A stretch of DNA of 64,000 bases from assembly GCA_963724295.1 (NCBI GenBank), contig CAVRUC010000002.1:160001-224000 (forward strand), in the 5' to 3' direction. Shown in pieces: positions 49,059-58,078 of the stretch. A model generated the notes under the pieces. The model was given only the letters and a program-made list of their open reading frames with translations, was not told the origin of the DNA and made no database searches. Each line of letters starts with the position of its first letter. The stretch's first letter is position 1. The position numbers and the translations under genes are program-made. This DNA is from an uncultured Chloroflexia bacterium. GTDB lineage: Bacteria; Chloroflexota; Chloroflexia; Thermomicrobiales; UBA6265.

Positions 49059-50795
49059 ATGCATTCTCGTAGCTTTGCCCCGCGGTCGACCCGGCGCAGC
49101 CTCATCACCGGTGCGCTCCTTACCGGTGCGGGAATCGTTCTGCCGCGCTCCACTCTGGCCTTCGTCCAGACGGACGGCACCCCCGCCGCCGAGGGCGAGA
49201 CGATCGTTTCCCAGACCAAAGAAGCGTTCCGGGCCGAGATCGAGGAACACTTTGCCTATTCCGAGCCCACGACACCCGGCGGCGAGTTCATCGACGCCAA
49301 CGTCAACGACGTCAAGACCATTCATCCTCTGCTTGCCGATGATAACGCCTCTTTCGGCGCCGTTGGCACCTTCTATGACGGACTCTTTGGCACCGACATC
49401 CGCACCGGTCTTCCGGCGCCGACTGGCCTCGCCGACTACTGGGAGATCGCGCCGGATCGCCGCACCTACACCTTCCACCTCAACAAGGACGCAAAGTGGC
49501 ACGACGGTACCGACATCACCGCGCATGATATCCAATTCACCTTCGACGCCATTGCCAACCCAGAGCTCGGTTCGGCCTACGCACAGACGATGCTGGACTC
49601 GACCGAGTCCTGGCGCGTGATCGACGACGACACGTTCGAGGTTGTCGCCAAAGAACCACTGGCGACCTTCCTCTATGACTTGCACGGCCTGGTCATTCCC
49701 AAGCATATCTGGGAGAGCGTCCCGATCGCCGACTGGCCGACAGATGGTGGCGCCACCGGGCAGGATCCGTCGCGCGTCGTCGGCTCTGGCGCCTACAAGT
49801 TCGAGGAGCTGCGGCCGGGCGAGAGTTACTCCGGCGTCCTCAACGAAGACTATTACCAGAGGAAGCCCTACTTCGATCGTGTCGTGACGCGCATCTGGCC
49901 GGACCAGACATCGGTCACCAACGCGTTCCTCAATGGCGAGATCGACGTCACTGGGCTCGAGCCGGTTGACGCCGACCTGGTCCAGACCATGGATGGATTC
50001 GAAGTCGCCGTCTTTCCGACCCGCAACTTCACCTTCTATCAGACGAACCTCGACCCGGAGAAGACCGAGCTCTTCCAGGATGTCCGGGTGCGCCAGGCAC
50101 TCCTCTACGGGCTCGACCGCGAATCGATCGTCAACGACATATTGCTTGGCTACGCTGTGGTGGCCGAGGGGACTCAGCCGGTGATCTCCTTTGCCTACGC
50201 TCCCGAGGAGATCAAGACCAAGTACACCTTCGATCCGGAGAAGGCCAAATCTCTTCTCGCCGAGGCGGGATGGACCGACAGCGACGGCGACGGTATCGTC
50301 GAGAAAGACGGAACTCCGCTCTCGTTTGAATTCATCTACCCCTCCGGCGTGGCGACCACCGACCAGCTCGTCGCCTATCTGCAGGACGCCTGGCGCGCGA
50401 TCGGTGTCGGCATGACGCCGCGGGCGCTGGAATTCCCCGCATTGGTGAAGGCCATCTCCGAAGACCATGACTTCGAGGTGTCGATGCTTGGCTTCGGCTG
50501 GGATCCAAGCTTCATTCAGGACGCCATGTTCGGCTGCGACCAATACGAAGGCGGCTTCAACATGGTCAAGTACTGCAACGCGAAGGTCGACGAGCTGAAT
50601 GCCCAGGCAAAGCGGACCTTCGACGAAGCCGAGCGCCGCAAGCTGATCATCGAGGCAACGAACATCGTCAACGACGAGCTTCCGGTGGCGGTCATGCACT
50701 TCAGCAAAGGGATCTTCGGCTACACCGACCGCCTGCAGAACTACAAGCGCGGCCCCTGGGGTGTGAACTTCGAATACCTCTGGATGCAACAGTAG
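49059..50795 (+). CDS. Family 5 (Opp/Dpp-type) ABC substrate-binding protein, Tat-like signal, orphan
   Basis: STRRSLI; LADYWEIAPD.RTYTFHL...KWHDG, GSGAYKF, FQDVRVRQAL; GAGGAGGAG RBS; no permease genes adjacent. Confidence 0.93.
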   Translation: MHSRSFAPRSTRRSLITGALLTGAGIVLPRSTLAFVQTDGTPAAEGETIVSQTKEAFRAEIEEHFAYSEPTTPGGEFIDANVNDVKTIHPLLADDNASFGAVGTFYDGLFGTDIRTGLPAPTGLADYWEIAPDRRTYTFHLNKDAKWHDGTDITAHDIQFTFDAIANPELGSAYAQTMLDSTESWRVIDDDTFEVVAKEPLATFLYDLHGLVIPKHIWESVPIADWPTDGGATGQDPSRVVGSGAYKFEELRPGESYSGVLNEDYYQRKPYFDRVVTRIWPDQTSVTNAFLNGEIDVTGLEPVDADLVQTMDGFEVAVFPTRNFTFYQTNLDPEKTELFQDVRVRQALLYGLDRESIVNDILLGYAVVAEGTQPVISFAYAPEEIKTKYTFDPEKAKSLLAEAGWTDSDGDGIVEKDGTPLSFEFIYPSGVATTDQLVAYLQDAWRAIGVGMTPRALEFPALVKAISEDHDFEVSMLGFGWDPSFIQDAMFGCDQYEGGFNMVKYCNAKVDELNAQAKRTFDEAERRKLIIEATNIVNDELPVAVMHFSKGIFGYTDRLQNYKRGPWGVNFEYLWMQQ

Positions 50796-50800
50796 ACGGC

Positions 50801-50965
50801 GCCCCTCATCCCCAGTCGCTAACCCCTCATCCCCAACCCTTCTCCCCTCGGAGCGGGGAGAAGGGAGCACGGCTTTGCCAGGCACCAAGAGCCCCTCTCC
50901 CAGCGCACTGGGCCGGGTACCCTCTGGGTGGCGGTTGGGGTGAGGGCAAGCGTTGGGGTGAGGGC
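50801..50965. repeat. REP-like composite palindromic element, copy 2
   Basis: Shares CCCTCATCCCCAACCC, CCCCTCGGAGCGGGGAGAAGGGAG and GTTGGGGTGAGGG with 36273-36431. Confidence 0.85.
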
Positions 50966-51167
50966 GCCAACGCCAATCAACTGACCGTCTCTACCTCGAC
51001 CGCTCCCCAAATCGGTGAGCGAGCTCGCTGCTGGCATCCGATTGGACTAATCGGAAATGAACACGATGGGTCATGGCCGGCCGCGACCCATCCTCTATCA
51101 TGCCTCCGCGGCGGGCGACAATTGCCCGTGCGGTTCCAAATCGCCGCTGGACTCCTGGAGATGAGGC

Positions 51168-54071
51168 ATGCCCCAGTTCCCGGCTGGCACCGTGACCTTC
51201 CTCTTCACGGATATCGAGCAGAGCACGAAGGGCTGGGAGCGCGACGCCGCCGCGGCGCGCATCGCCGTCGAGCGTCACCTCGCGCTCGTACGTCAGAGCG
51301 TTGAGACCCACGGCGGAGTCCACTTCAAGACCGTCGGTGACGCAACGCAATCGGCCTTCGCCACCGCGCCGCAAGCTGTCGCCGCGGCACTGGCCGCGCA
51401 GCGCGCGCTCCTTGATGAGCCCTGGCCGGCTGCCGAGCAGCGGCCGCGCGTCCGCATGGCCCTTCACGCCGGGACGGCCGAGCCGCGTGACGGTGACTAC
51501 CTTGCCGCCCCTCTCAATCGGTTATCGCGTCTCCTCGACGCGGCCCACGGTGAGCAGATTCTGCTCAGCAGCACTGTCACCGGGCTGGCCAGGGACGCAC
51601 TGCCTGAGAGTGTCACCCTGAAGTCGCTGGGCGAGTTTCGCCTGCGCGACATCCTGCAACCAGAGGAGGTCTTTCAGCTCTGCCATCCCGCGCTGCGAGC
51701 TGACTTCCCGCCGCTCAACGCACCCGGCCATCTGCCTCACAACCTGCCGACGCACCCGACTCCGTTCCTGGGGCGGGAGCGGGAGGTGGAGGAGGCGGTT
51801 GCACTCCTGCTCCAGCCCGGAGTTCGGCTGCTGACCCTCACCGGGCCTGGTGGGGTCGGCAAGACGCGGTTGGGCACACGGGTCGCCGCGGAGGCGCTCG
51901 AGGCGTTCCCTGATGGCGCATTCATGGTCGATCTCGCCCGGTTGACCGATCCGGATCTAGTTCCGTCGGCTACCGCGACGGCGCTCGGGCTGCGGGAGCA
52001 GGCCGGGCAGACCCTGCCGCAGACGCTGGCTGACTATCTTCGCGAGCGAAAGATTCTGCTTCTGTTCGACAACTTCGAGCACGTCCTGACCGCTGCGACC
52101 CTCATCGCCGATCTCCTTGCCGCCGCTCCCGGCTTGAACGTGCTGGCGACGAGCCGTGCCCGGCTCGGCTTGCTGGCCGAGCGGGAGTACCGTGTCGAGC
52201 CGATGCCGATTCCCGATCAGGGATCGCTGCCGCCGCTAGAAGTGTTGTCGAGTTTTGACGCAATCGAGCTCTTCACCTCGCGCGCGCGGGCGCTCCGCCC
52301 CGACTTTTCGCTGACCAACGAGAACGCCTCCACTGTCGCCGAGATCGTCTGCCGGCTCGACGGCCTGCCGCTGGCGATCGAGCTCGCCGCGGCCCGGGTA
52401 AAACTCCTCTCACCGGAAGCACTTCTCGACCGCCTCGACCGCCGACTTTCGACGCTTACCGGTGGCGCGCGTGATCTGCCCGCACGACAGCGGACGCTGC
52501 GCGATACGATCGCCTGGAGCCATGACCTGCTCCCTCCGGCGGAGAAGACGCTTTTCCGAAGACTCAGCGTGTTCGTGGGCGGCTGGACGATCGAGGCGTC
52601 AGAGGCGATCGCCACCGTGGATGGCGGCGAGGCAGTCGACGCGTTCCAGGCGCTGGCCACCCTCGTCGACCAGAGTCTGGTTGACGAATGGCCGACGCCT
52701 GACACCCTCGCCAGCGAACCACGATACGGGATGCTCGAATCCATCCGCGAGTTCGCCACAGAGCGGCTCGCGGCGAGCGGCGAGATGATCCAGGTGGAAC
52801 GCGCGTTCGAAGCGTTCCTCATTACCCGCGCCAAAACGGCAGCGGCGGGTCTATCGGGTCCGGGACAGCTGGAGTGGTTGGAGCGACTCGAGGCCGATCA
52901 CGACAACCTGCGCGCCGCACTCGGCCGAGCACTCGAGCGGGGTGACGGAGAGGCTGCGCTTCAACTGGCGCCACGCCTCTGGCAGTTTTGGCGGCTGCGA
53001 GGGTATCTCGGTGAAGGGCGTTCGTGGCTGGAACGGGCACTGGCGGCGACTCCGCACGCTGATGCCGCACTCCGAGCTCTCGCCGAACTCGGATTGGGTG
53101 AAGTTTGCATCGATCTTGGTGACTACCCGGCCGCTGGCAAGCACTACCAGGCCTGTGTCGCCCTGCGCCGCGAGGCCGGGGACATGGTTGGCGTCGCTGA
53201 AGCGCTGACGAGCCTCGCGGTCGTCGCGCTGAACTTGCGGGACTACAGGGAAGCGCAGGCGCTGGGAGAAGAAGCGCTCCGCATCTCACGCGAGCACGGC
53301 GACATGCGCGTCACCGGTCGAACGCTGCACGATCTCGGCCTGATTGCCAGGGAGCAAGGGGATTACGAGCGCGCGCGCCAACTGTTTGAGGAATCGCTCG
53401 TGGTCTGGCGCAAGCTCAATGACCCGTTTTGGATCGCGAATGTCGCGTTGGGACTCGGCATCACTCACGTCCTGAATGGAAATTCGGAAGACGCCCAGGC
53501 TCCGCTAATGGAGGCAAGAGCCGTGTACGAGCGGCTTGGCGACCGTTTTGGCGTGGCGCTCGCCGAAACAGAACTGGGACATCTTGCCTGGATGTCCGGC
53601 GACAGCGACCAGGCCATCGCTCTCTTCGGGGAGGCATTGCGATACTTTGCCGCCATTGGTGCGACCGAGGCCATCGTCTATTGCCTAGAGTGGATTGGAG
53701 CCGCGGCGGCGGAACGGAATGATGCCACGGTCGCCCTCCACCTCCTTGGGGCAGCTGAGGCTGCTCGAATGACGCTGCTCCTCCCCCCAGCCGGTGAAAG
53801 AGACACGCGTCTCGTCAAGACCGGGATCAACGCTGCGGCAAAGGCGGCTGGCCGCAATACTGAGTCGTTTCTTGCAGCCGGCCGGAAGCTCAGCCTCGAT
53901 CAGTCCCGCAATGAGGCACTCCGATTCGTCGAACACCTGACTGCCGGCCCCTCTGCCCCCCTTGGCGCTGATCACACAGTCGATCAACCGCTACGGCAAT
54001 TGGGGGCCGGGTTGAAGAATGCCCAAGCCGCGGCATTCGAGAAAAGTTCGGTTGTGACAGAGGTGCTCTGA
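51168..54071 (+). CDS. Class III adenylate/guanylate cyclase + NB-ARC ATPase + TPR protein
   Basis: [61 protein letters not shown]; TPRs. Confidence 0.93.
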   Translation: MPQFPAGTVTFLFTDIEQSTKGWERDAAAARIAVERHLALVRQSVETHGGVHFKTVGDATQSAFATAPQAVAAALAAQRALLDEPWPAAEQRPRVRMALHAGTAEPRDGDYLAAPLNRLSRLLDAAHGEQILLSSTVTGLARDALPESVTLKSLGEFRLRDILQPEEVFQLCHPALRADFPPLNAPGHLPHNLPTHPTPFLGREREVEEAVALLLQPGVRLLTLTGPGGVGKTRLGTRVAAEALEAFPDGAFMVDLARLTDPDLVPSATATALGLREQAGQTLPQTLADYLRERKILLLFDNFEHVLTAATLIADLLAAAPGLNVLATSRARLGLLAEREYRVEPMPIPDQGSLPPLEVLSSFDAIELFTSRARALRPDFSLTNENASTVAEIVCRLDGLPLAIELAAARVKLLSPEALLDRLDRRLSTLTGGARDLPARQRTLRDTIAWSHDLLPPAEKTLFRRLSVFVGGWTIEASEAIATVDGGEAVDAFQALATLVDQSLVDEWPTPDTLASEPRYGMLESIREFATERLAASGEMIQVERAFEAFLITRAKTAAAGLSGPGQLEWLERLEADHDNLRAALGRALERGDGEAALQLAPRLWQFWRLRGYLGEGRSWLERALAATPHADAALRALAELGLGEVCIDLGDYPAAGKHYQACVALRREAGDMVGVAEALTSLAVVALNLRDYREAQALGEEALRISREHGDMRVTGRTLHDLGLIAREQGDYERARQLFEESLVVWRKLNDPFWIANVALGLGITHVLNGNSEDAQAPLMEARAVYERLGDRFGVALAETELGHLAWMSGDSDQAIALFGEALRYFAAIGATEAIVYCLEWIGAAAAERNDATVALHLLGAAEAARMTLLLPPAGERDTRLVKTGINAAAKAAGRNTESFLAAGRKLSLDQSRNEALRFVEHLTAGPSAPLGADHTVDQPLRQLGAGLKNAQAAAFEKSSVVTEVL

Positions 54072-54847
54072 TTGGCGGCGATGCCCTCAGCAGCGGGTGT
54101 TCCCTCAATTGCCGACTTCGTGAATGCCGTCCTGGACTGGGCCCAGGAGAACTCCTCGCCTGATAGCGGATAGACGAATAACTCCCCTGTCGTTCCCGGT
54201 ACGGCCCACGTATTCATCAGGCACCACACGCAGAGCCCTCCGGCTGGGGCGAGAATCCAGTCGCCGGGCAGGAGCTGGACGGCGGTTCGCTCATCCTGCC
54301 TGGCCAGCTCTCCGTCGACCCTGGGAGCAGGCACCGTGCACATTTCCGTACATGGGTCTCCCTTCTCGTCCAGGAGGGAGTCGGGGGAATCTTCGTTCAA
54401 TTCGTAATACGCTTCGTTGGGATCACTACTCGTGTTTTCGAGCAACGAGATCGCTCGATCGCCTGCCGGATTCACGATGAATGACGTGGGCGGCATCACG
54501 TCGAGGACGAATTCCCCCTCGCTGACATACACGGCCATGAACGGGGCATCTGGGACTTCAGGAATGTGAGCGTGGAAAGCCTCAGCCTTCTCGTCGGACT
54601 TCACGTTAGGGATCTCCACCGAGTTATCGAAGGACACACGGTGCCCTTCTTTAATCCGCTCGCGGAGGATGCCTGACGTTCCCAGGAACTCATCGAGCTG
54701 CGCCATCGGCGCCGCGTCCTCGTTGATCGTCACGCCCAACCACGCCTCGTCCACATAGCCCTCTGTCTCCTCAGCCCAGACGGAGAGGCTGCCAAGTGGT
54801 GCAATTGCGAGTAGCACCACGGTGATGGCGACAAGAAGACTCCGCAT
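53984..54847 (-). CDS. Secreted Cys-motif hypothetical protein (paralog of 58079-58891)
   Basis: AGGAG RBS, signal peptide, CTEMC, L.PGD, CVWCL, FSW, terminal WAFFNPAPNCRSG. Confidence 0.85.
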   Translation of the reverse strand: MRSLLVAITVVLLAIAPLGSLSVWAEETEGYVDEAWLGVTINEDAAPMAQLDEFLGTSGILRERIKEGHRVSFDNSVEIPNVKSDEKAEAFHAHIPEVPDAPFMAVYVSEGEFVLDVMPPTSFIVNPAGDRAISLLENTSSDPNEAYYELNEDSPDSLLDEKGDPCTEMCTVPAPRVDGELARQDERTAVQLLPGDWILAPAGGLCVWCLMNTWAVPGTTGELFVYPLSGEEFSWAQSRTAFTKSAIEGTPAAEGIAANQSTSVTTELFSNAAAWAFFNPAPNCRSG

Positions 54848-54922
54848 CGCGTGCTCCTATCTGCGAGAGATCGCGCTCGATCCGGAAGAACTCGTTCCAA
54901 GCCTAGCGTGGAGACGGACCGC

Positions 54923-54951
54923 AGCATAGCGGCCAACTGTCACACAAGCAA
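54923..54951 (-). promoter_or_regulatory. Sigma70-type promoter
   Basis: Minus strand TTGCTT-N17-TATGCT; the paralog has an equivalent promoter. Confidence 0.6.
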
Positions 54952-54992
54952 TACCGTCTCTCTTGCGTTCGGCAAACTTGGTCACGAGTACA

Positions 54993-55220
54993 TCATTTAT
55001 GGGCGGAGTCCCGGGCGGTGGGGTAGGCAAACCCCATCGGGGGGCGAGCAGTTTCGCGATCTGAACCCTGGGCCACACGGCACTGCAGAATGAAGGCCGC
55101 GCGGCGGTGAACGGGGGAGAGCGCACGGCTGTCGACGATCAGGCCGACGCGCTGAAGTCGGATCGCCGTCTGATGGAGCGTCTCAGCAGCCTCGACGAGG
55201 GCTGCGTTGGTGGCGGTCAT
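54993..55220 (-). CDS. Small hypothetical protein (75 aa)
   Basis: AGGAG RBS 7 nt before ATG; helical N-terminus; C-terminal half doubtful. Confidence 0.5.
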   Translation of the reverse strand: MTATNAALVEAAETLHQTAIRLQRVGLIVDSRALSPVHRRAAFILQCRVAQGSDRETARPPMGFAYPTARDSAHK

Positions 55221-55346
55221 AGCGATCTCCTGAGTAGGCCCCGGGACGGGGCGATGCGCGGGCGAGTAAGACGGATGGTGGCGGGAGCCACCCGGGACGG
55301 TTCGTCCACCCAGGGAGCGAACCGTCTGGAGGCGCCGGTTTGGGGT

Positions 55347-55607
55347 TCAGCCGTGAGACCCCGCCTCGGCTACCGGTGTGGGTCGAGCCGGAAGTGGGAC
55401 CCGCAGCCAGCAGGCAACGCGGGTACGCCAGGAGACCGCCGGTCGGGACGCAGAACCCGCGTGCCGCTGGCTGACCATTCCCTGGTGCGGGGTAGCGGAC
55501 GCAGCCGCGCGGGTAGCCGCGTGCCACTGTGTCGCCTCACGCCGCGGCTCGTGCTGGCGCTGGTGGGCGGTGGTGGCGGTCAGGTGCGGACACTGAGAAA
55601 GGCTCAT
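55347..55607 (-). CDS. Small basic hypothetical protein (86 aa)
   Basis: AAGGAG RBS; AHQRQHEPRREATQW...WRTRVACWLR; directly downstream of the solo LuxR gene. Confidence 0.65.
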   Translation of the reverse strand: MSLSQCPHLTATTAHQRQHEPRREATQWHAATRAAASATPHQGMVSQRHAGSASRPAVSWRTRVACWLRVPLPARPTPVAEAGSHG

Positions 55608-55664
55608 CGTCAGCTCCTTTCTGCGATGCTTGGCCGCTCGTCGCGGCTGCCGGGTCTCACGGAG

Positions 55665-56012
55665 CTAGAGCAATCCGATGCGGGCCGCGGTCATGACCGC
55701 CGCCGTGCGGGAGGGGACCTCAAGCTTGGCCAGGATGTTAGCGACATGGCAATTGATGGTGCGGCGGCTCAGGTAGAGGTGGTCGGCGATGCGCTGGTCG
55801 GTGTCGCCGCGTGCCAGCAGATGCAGTACCTCCAGTTCACGCTGCGTCAAGCGCCGGGGTCCACCCAGCGCCGCGATTCGTGCCAGCTTGCCCGGCTGAG
55901 GCGCGCCGCCAGACAGGAAGCTGACCCAGGTGGGGTGGACACCGGTACGCTCGAAGCGGGTGCGGCGGGCGGCGATCTTGCGCAGAACCGATCGTTGTGG
56001 CTGCTTGGTCAT
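55665..56012 (-). CDS. Stand-alone LuxR-type HTH protein
   Basis: LTQRELEVLHLLARGDTDQRIADHLYLSRRTINCHVANILAKLEVPSRTAA; AAGGAG RBS. Confidence 0.92.
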   Translation of the reverse strand: MTKQPQRSVLRKIAARRTRFERTGVHPTWVSFLSGGAPQPGKLARIAALGGPRRLTQRELEVLHLLARGDTDQRIADHLYLSRRTINCHVANILAKLEVPSRTAAVMTAARIGLL

Positions 56013-56069
56013 GGTTGGCTCCTTTCGGGTGACCCACCACCGTACGAGCGGGGCGGGTCTCGGCTCGGC

Positions 56070-56142
56070 AGCATCGAGTCGTGGTCTCGATGGTGGCTAT
56101 CGTGGGGCAGCCCAGTTAGCCAACCGTTAGCTGAGCGTTAGC
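56070..56142 (-). promoter_or_regulatory. Three 11-bp-phased GCTAAC direct repeats plus putative -10 GATGCT upstream of the solo LuxR gene
   Basis: GTTAGC on + at 56115, 56126 and 56137. Confidence 0.6.
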
Positions 56143-56240
56143 CAGATTCGTCTCCGCGGGCGGCCCGGCCAGTCCATCTGGCACACCTCGACTATGCCCC
56201 CGACGGCGTGGGGTGGCATGAGGGGGATCTCCCCAGATTT

Positions 56241-56297
56241 CTCCGTAGGTTTCTCAGTAGATGTGCGGATGCCAACGAGACGCGGCGGGCGCATGCT
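56241..56297 (+). promoter_or_regulatory. Operator/promoter element copy B
   Basis: CTCCGTAG-N4-CTCAGTAG-ATGTGCGGATG-N20-CATGCT. Confidence 0.75.
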
Positions 56298-56335
56298 AGG
56301 AGCCTGTCAAAGAGAGATGAGCACGAGGGCCGAGC

Positions 56336-56631
56336 ATGAACGCGTATGCCACGATGGACCGGCCAGGATTCAGCTACATCGCACCGCGGCCGTCCATCGC
56401 GCGAACCGGTTCATGGTCGGTGCCTCCCCTGTCGCGCTTGAGCCACTGCGAGGGTGGGAAGCCGAAGCCGAGGTGGAACGGGCTGCTGAAGCAGTATGGC
56501 GTCACGCCGCATGGCAGCAGTGCGCGCATCTCGCTGCTTTGACAGAGGATCGACGCGGCGCTGGTCCGCGCTGGAGACCGTCTGCTGACAGGGGGACTAC
56601 TCATGGAGATAGCACGCCTTCAGCCCGGTGA
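56336..56631 (+). pseudogene. Degraded paralog of the 59421 small protein
   Basis: Aligns to 59421-59741 with a -1 shift (~56360), a +1 shift (~56481) and an in-frame TGA (56540) where the paralog has Arg. Confidence 0.8.
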
Positions 56632-56691
56632 TGGGACAGCGCAGTACCCGTATCCCCTGTATGCAAGCGAGATTCCGGGTGGAGGCCCGAC

Positions 56692-56928
56692 GTGATGAGC
56701 GCCCGCCTCCACTCCACGCGGGGTCAGCTCAGGATTCAGCCGCCCAACGTCGCGGCCGCCCGTCGCGCAGAAGGGCTGATGAACGCCGCCTCCCTTGTCG
56801 CGTCGGTTCCCGCCGCAGTGAACGCGGCGGTCTGTCTGCTGTTGCGCAGGAAAGCGACCCGCTTTGCACTATTCCTCCGCCTCGCGACGAGACGCCCACC
56901 TCGGGGCCTCCTCGCCGAGTTGTTGTGA
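56692..56928 (+). CDS. Partial paralog of the same small-protein family
   Basis: GGAGG RBS; RGQLRIQPPNVAAARRAEGLMNAASLVA resembles RGEARIQPRDVSTALRMGGISPGASLVA; shared AGGATTCAGCCGC; C-terminus unrelated. Confidence 0.5.
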   Translation: MMSARLHSTRGQLRIQPPNVAAARRAEGLMNAASLVASVPAAVNAAVCLLLRRKATRFALFLRLATRRPPRGLLAELL

Positions 56929-57127
56929 CCGCTTGGCGCCACGATTGGAGCGTCCCGCGTACGTGGTGTGGGAAAAGCAAACTGCCTGCTCCCTCGCAAT
57001 CTCGTGGGCAACTGGAGCCGTGCTAACCGACGCAAGGTTGCCGCTCCAGCTGCACTCCACGGATTGCTCTAGCACCACAGACACCTCCGCTCGTGCGCAT
57101 CCCGATCGACGCGTACACGAGGGAAAT

Positions 57128-57184
57128 CTCGGTAGGTTCGTCGGTAGTTGTGCGGATGGCAACGGAACGCCGCGGGCGCATGCT
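57128..57184 (+). promoter_or_regulatory. Operator/promoter element copy C
   Basis: CTCGGTAG-N4-GTCGGTAG-TTGTGCGGATG-N20-CATGCT. Confidence 0.75.
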
Positions 57185-57267
57185 ACGAGCGTGCCAACGA
57201 GAGCAGCACCGGGGCCTGGACAGCCCAGGAACCGAGGACGACGCCCAAGAAGGAGATAAGCAAGACG

Positions 57268-57855
57268 ATGAGCCATTTCGTGTCCAAGTCCGTGGTCAGC
57301 CGCCTGCTGCCTGTCGCGACGGGGCTGATACTATTCGGATTCGCCGCCAGTGCGAACTTGCAGCCTGACAGCGCGCTCGCGTCTGTAGGGGAGAGTGCCG
57401 ACCTCGGTATCGGCGTGGTCTACCTGGAGGACGACAACAACGGAAACCGCGACGACGACAATCAAAACAATGACGAGAACCGGAACCACGGCGACGACAA
57501 CGGGAATAACGAGAACGATGGGAACAGCAACGGGAACCAGGACGACGACAATGGGAACCGCCACCACGGCAATGGCGAGGACCGGGAGGCTGACACCGGC
57601 CCGCAGATCGCTTCTGCCGGTAACGGCGGCGTGGCCACGGCCTCAGCTGACGGCGGCGTGGTGTTGATCGGCGACATCAACAGTGGCGGCAATGCTGGCA
57701 ATGCCATTGGCGTTGGCGATACGACCTGGGGGTCAGTTACGGTGGACGGCGGAGATGTCGCCAACTCGACCGGGATCGCCGTGACAGTGGATGGAGGCAC
57801 GGGGATCGCCGATGCGAGCGGGGGGAACGGCAACCTCGCAGGTGTCCAGGACTAA
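57268..57855 (+). CDS. Secreted low-complexity protein: N/D-rich linker plus G/A/N/V repeat domain
   Basis: AAGGAG RBS; signal peptide; DDNNGNRDDDNQNN...; repeats ending xGG (AGNGG, SADGG, INSGG, TVDGG, TVDGG, DASGG). Confidence 0.85.
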   Translation: MSHFVSKSVVSRLLPVATGLILFGFAASANLQPDSALASVGESADLGIGVVYLEDDNNGNRDDDNQNNDENRNHGDDNGNNENDGNSNGNQDDDNGNRHHGNGEDREADTGPQIASAGNGGVATASADGGVVLIGDINSGGNAGNAIGVGDTTWGSVTVDGGDVANSTGIAVTVDGGTGIADASGGNGNLAGVQD

Positions 57856-58078
57856 GAAGACTTCGTCGACAGCGCCGGTCGTGGAACGCTCCACGACCGG
57901 CATCATCGCGTGCGGTACGCGCGATGCCCGACCAGCTTCGAGTCTCGCGAAAGCACTGTTCGGCTTGCGGGTTCAAGAGTCCAGTGGACGGAAGCGAAGT
58001 GAGTTCTGACGTAGCGACCGCTGCCTGCCCGGTGGAGAGGTGGGGCGGTTCGCCGGCAACCGCATACGCGATTCAGAG

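Noticed and set aside
51168..54071. STAND proteins as Avs-type anti-phage systems
   Set aside because: No nuclease, TIR, SIR2 or protease effector; architectures match regulatory LuxR/XRE/cyclase STANDs and no defence or mobile context is visible.
55015..55100. c-di-GMP-I riboswitch (GGCAAACC seed)
   Set aside because: Only a simple hairpin GGTGGGGT...ACCCCATC; the GAAA loop and GACGCAAAGC segment are missing.
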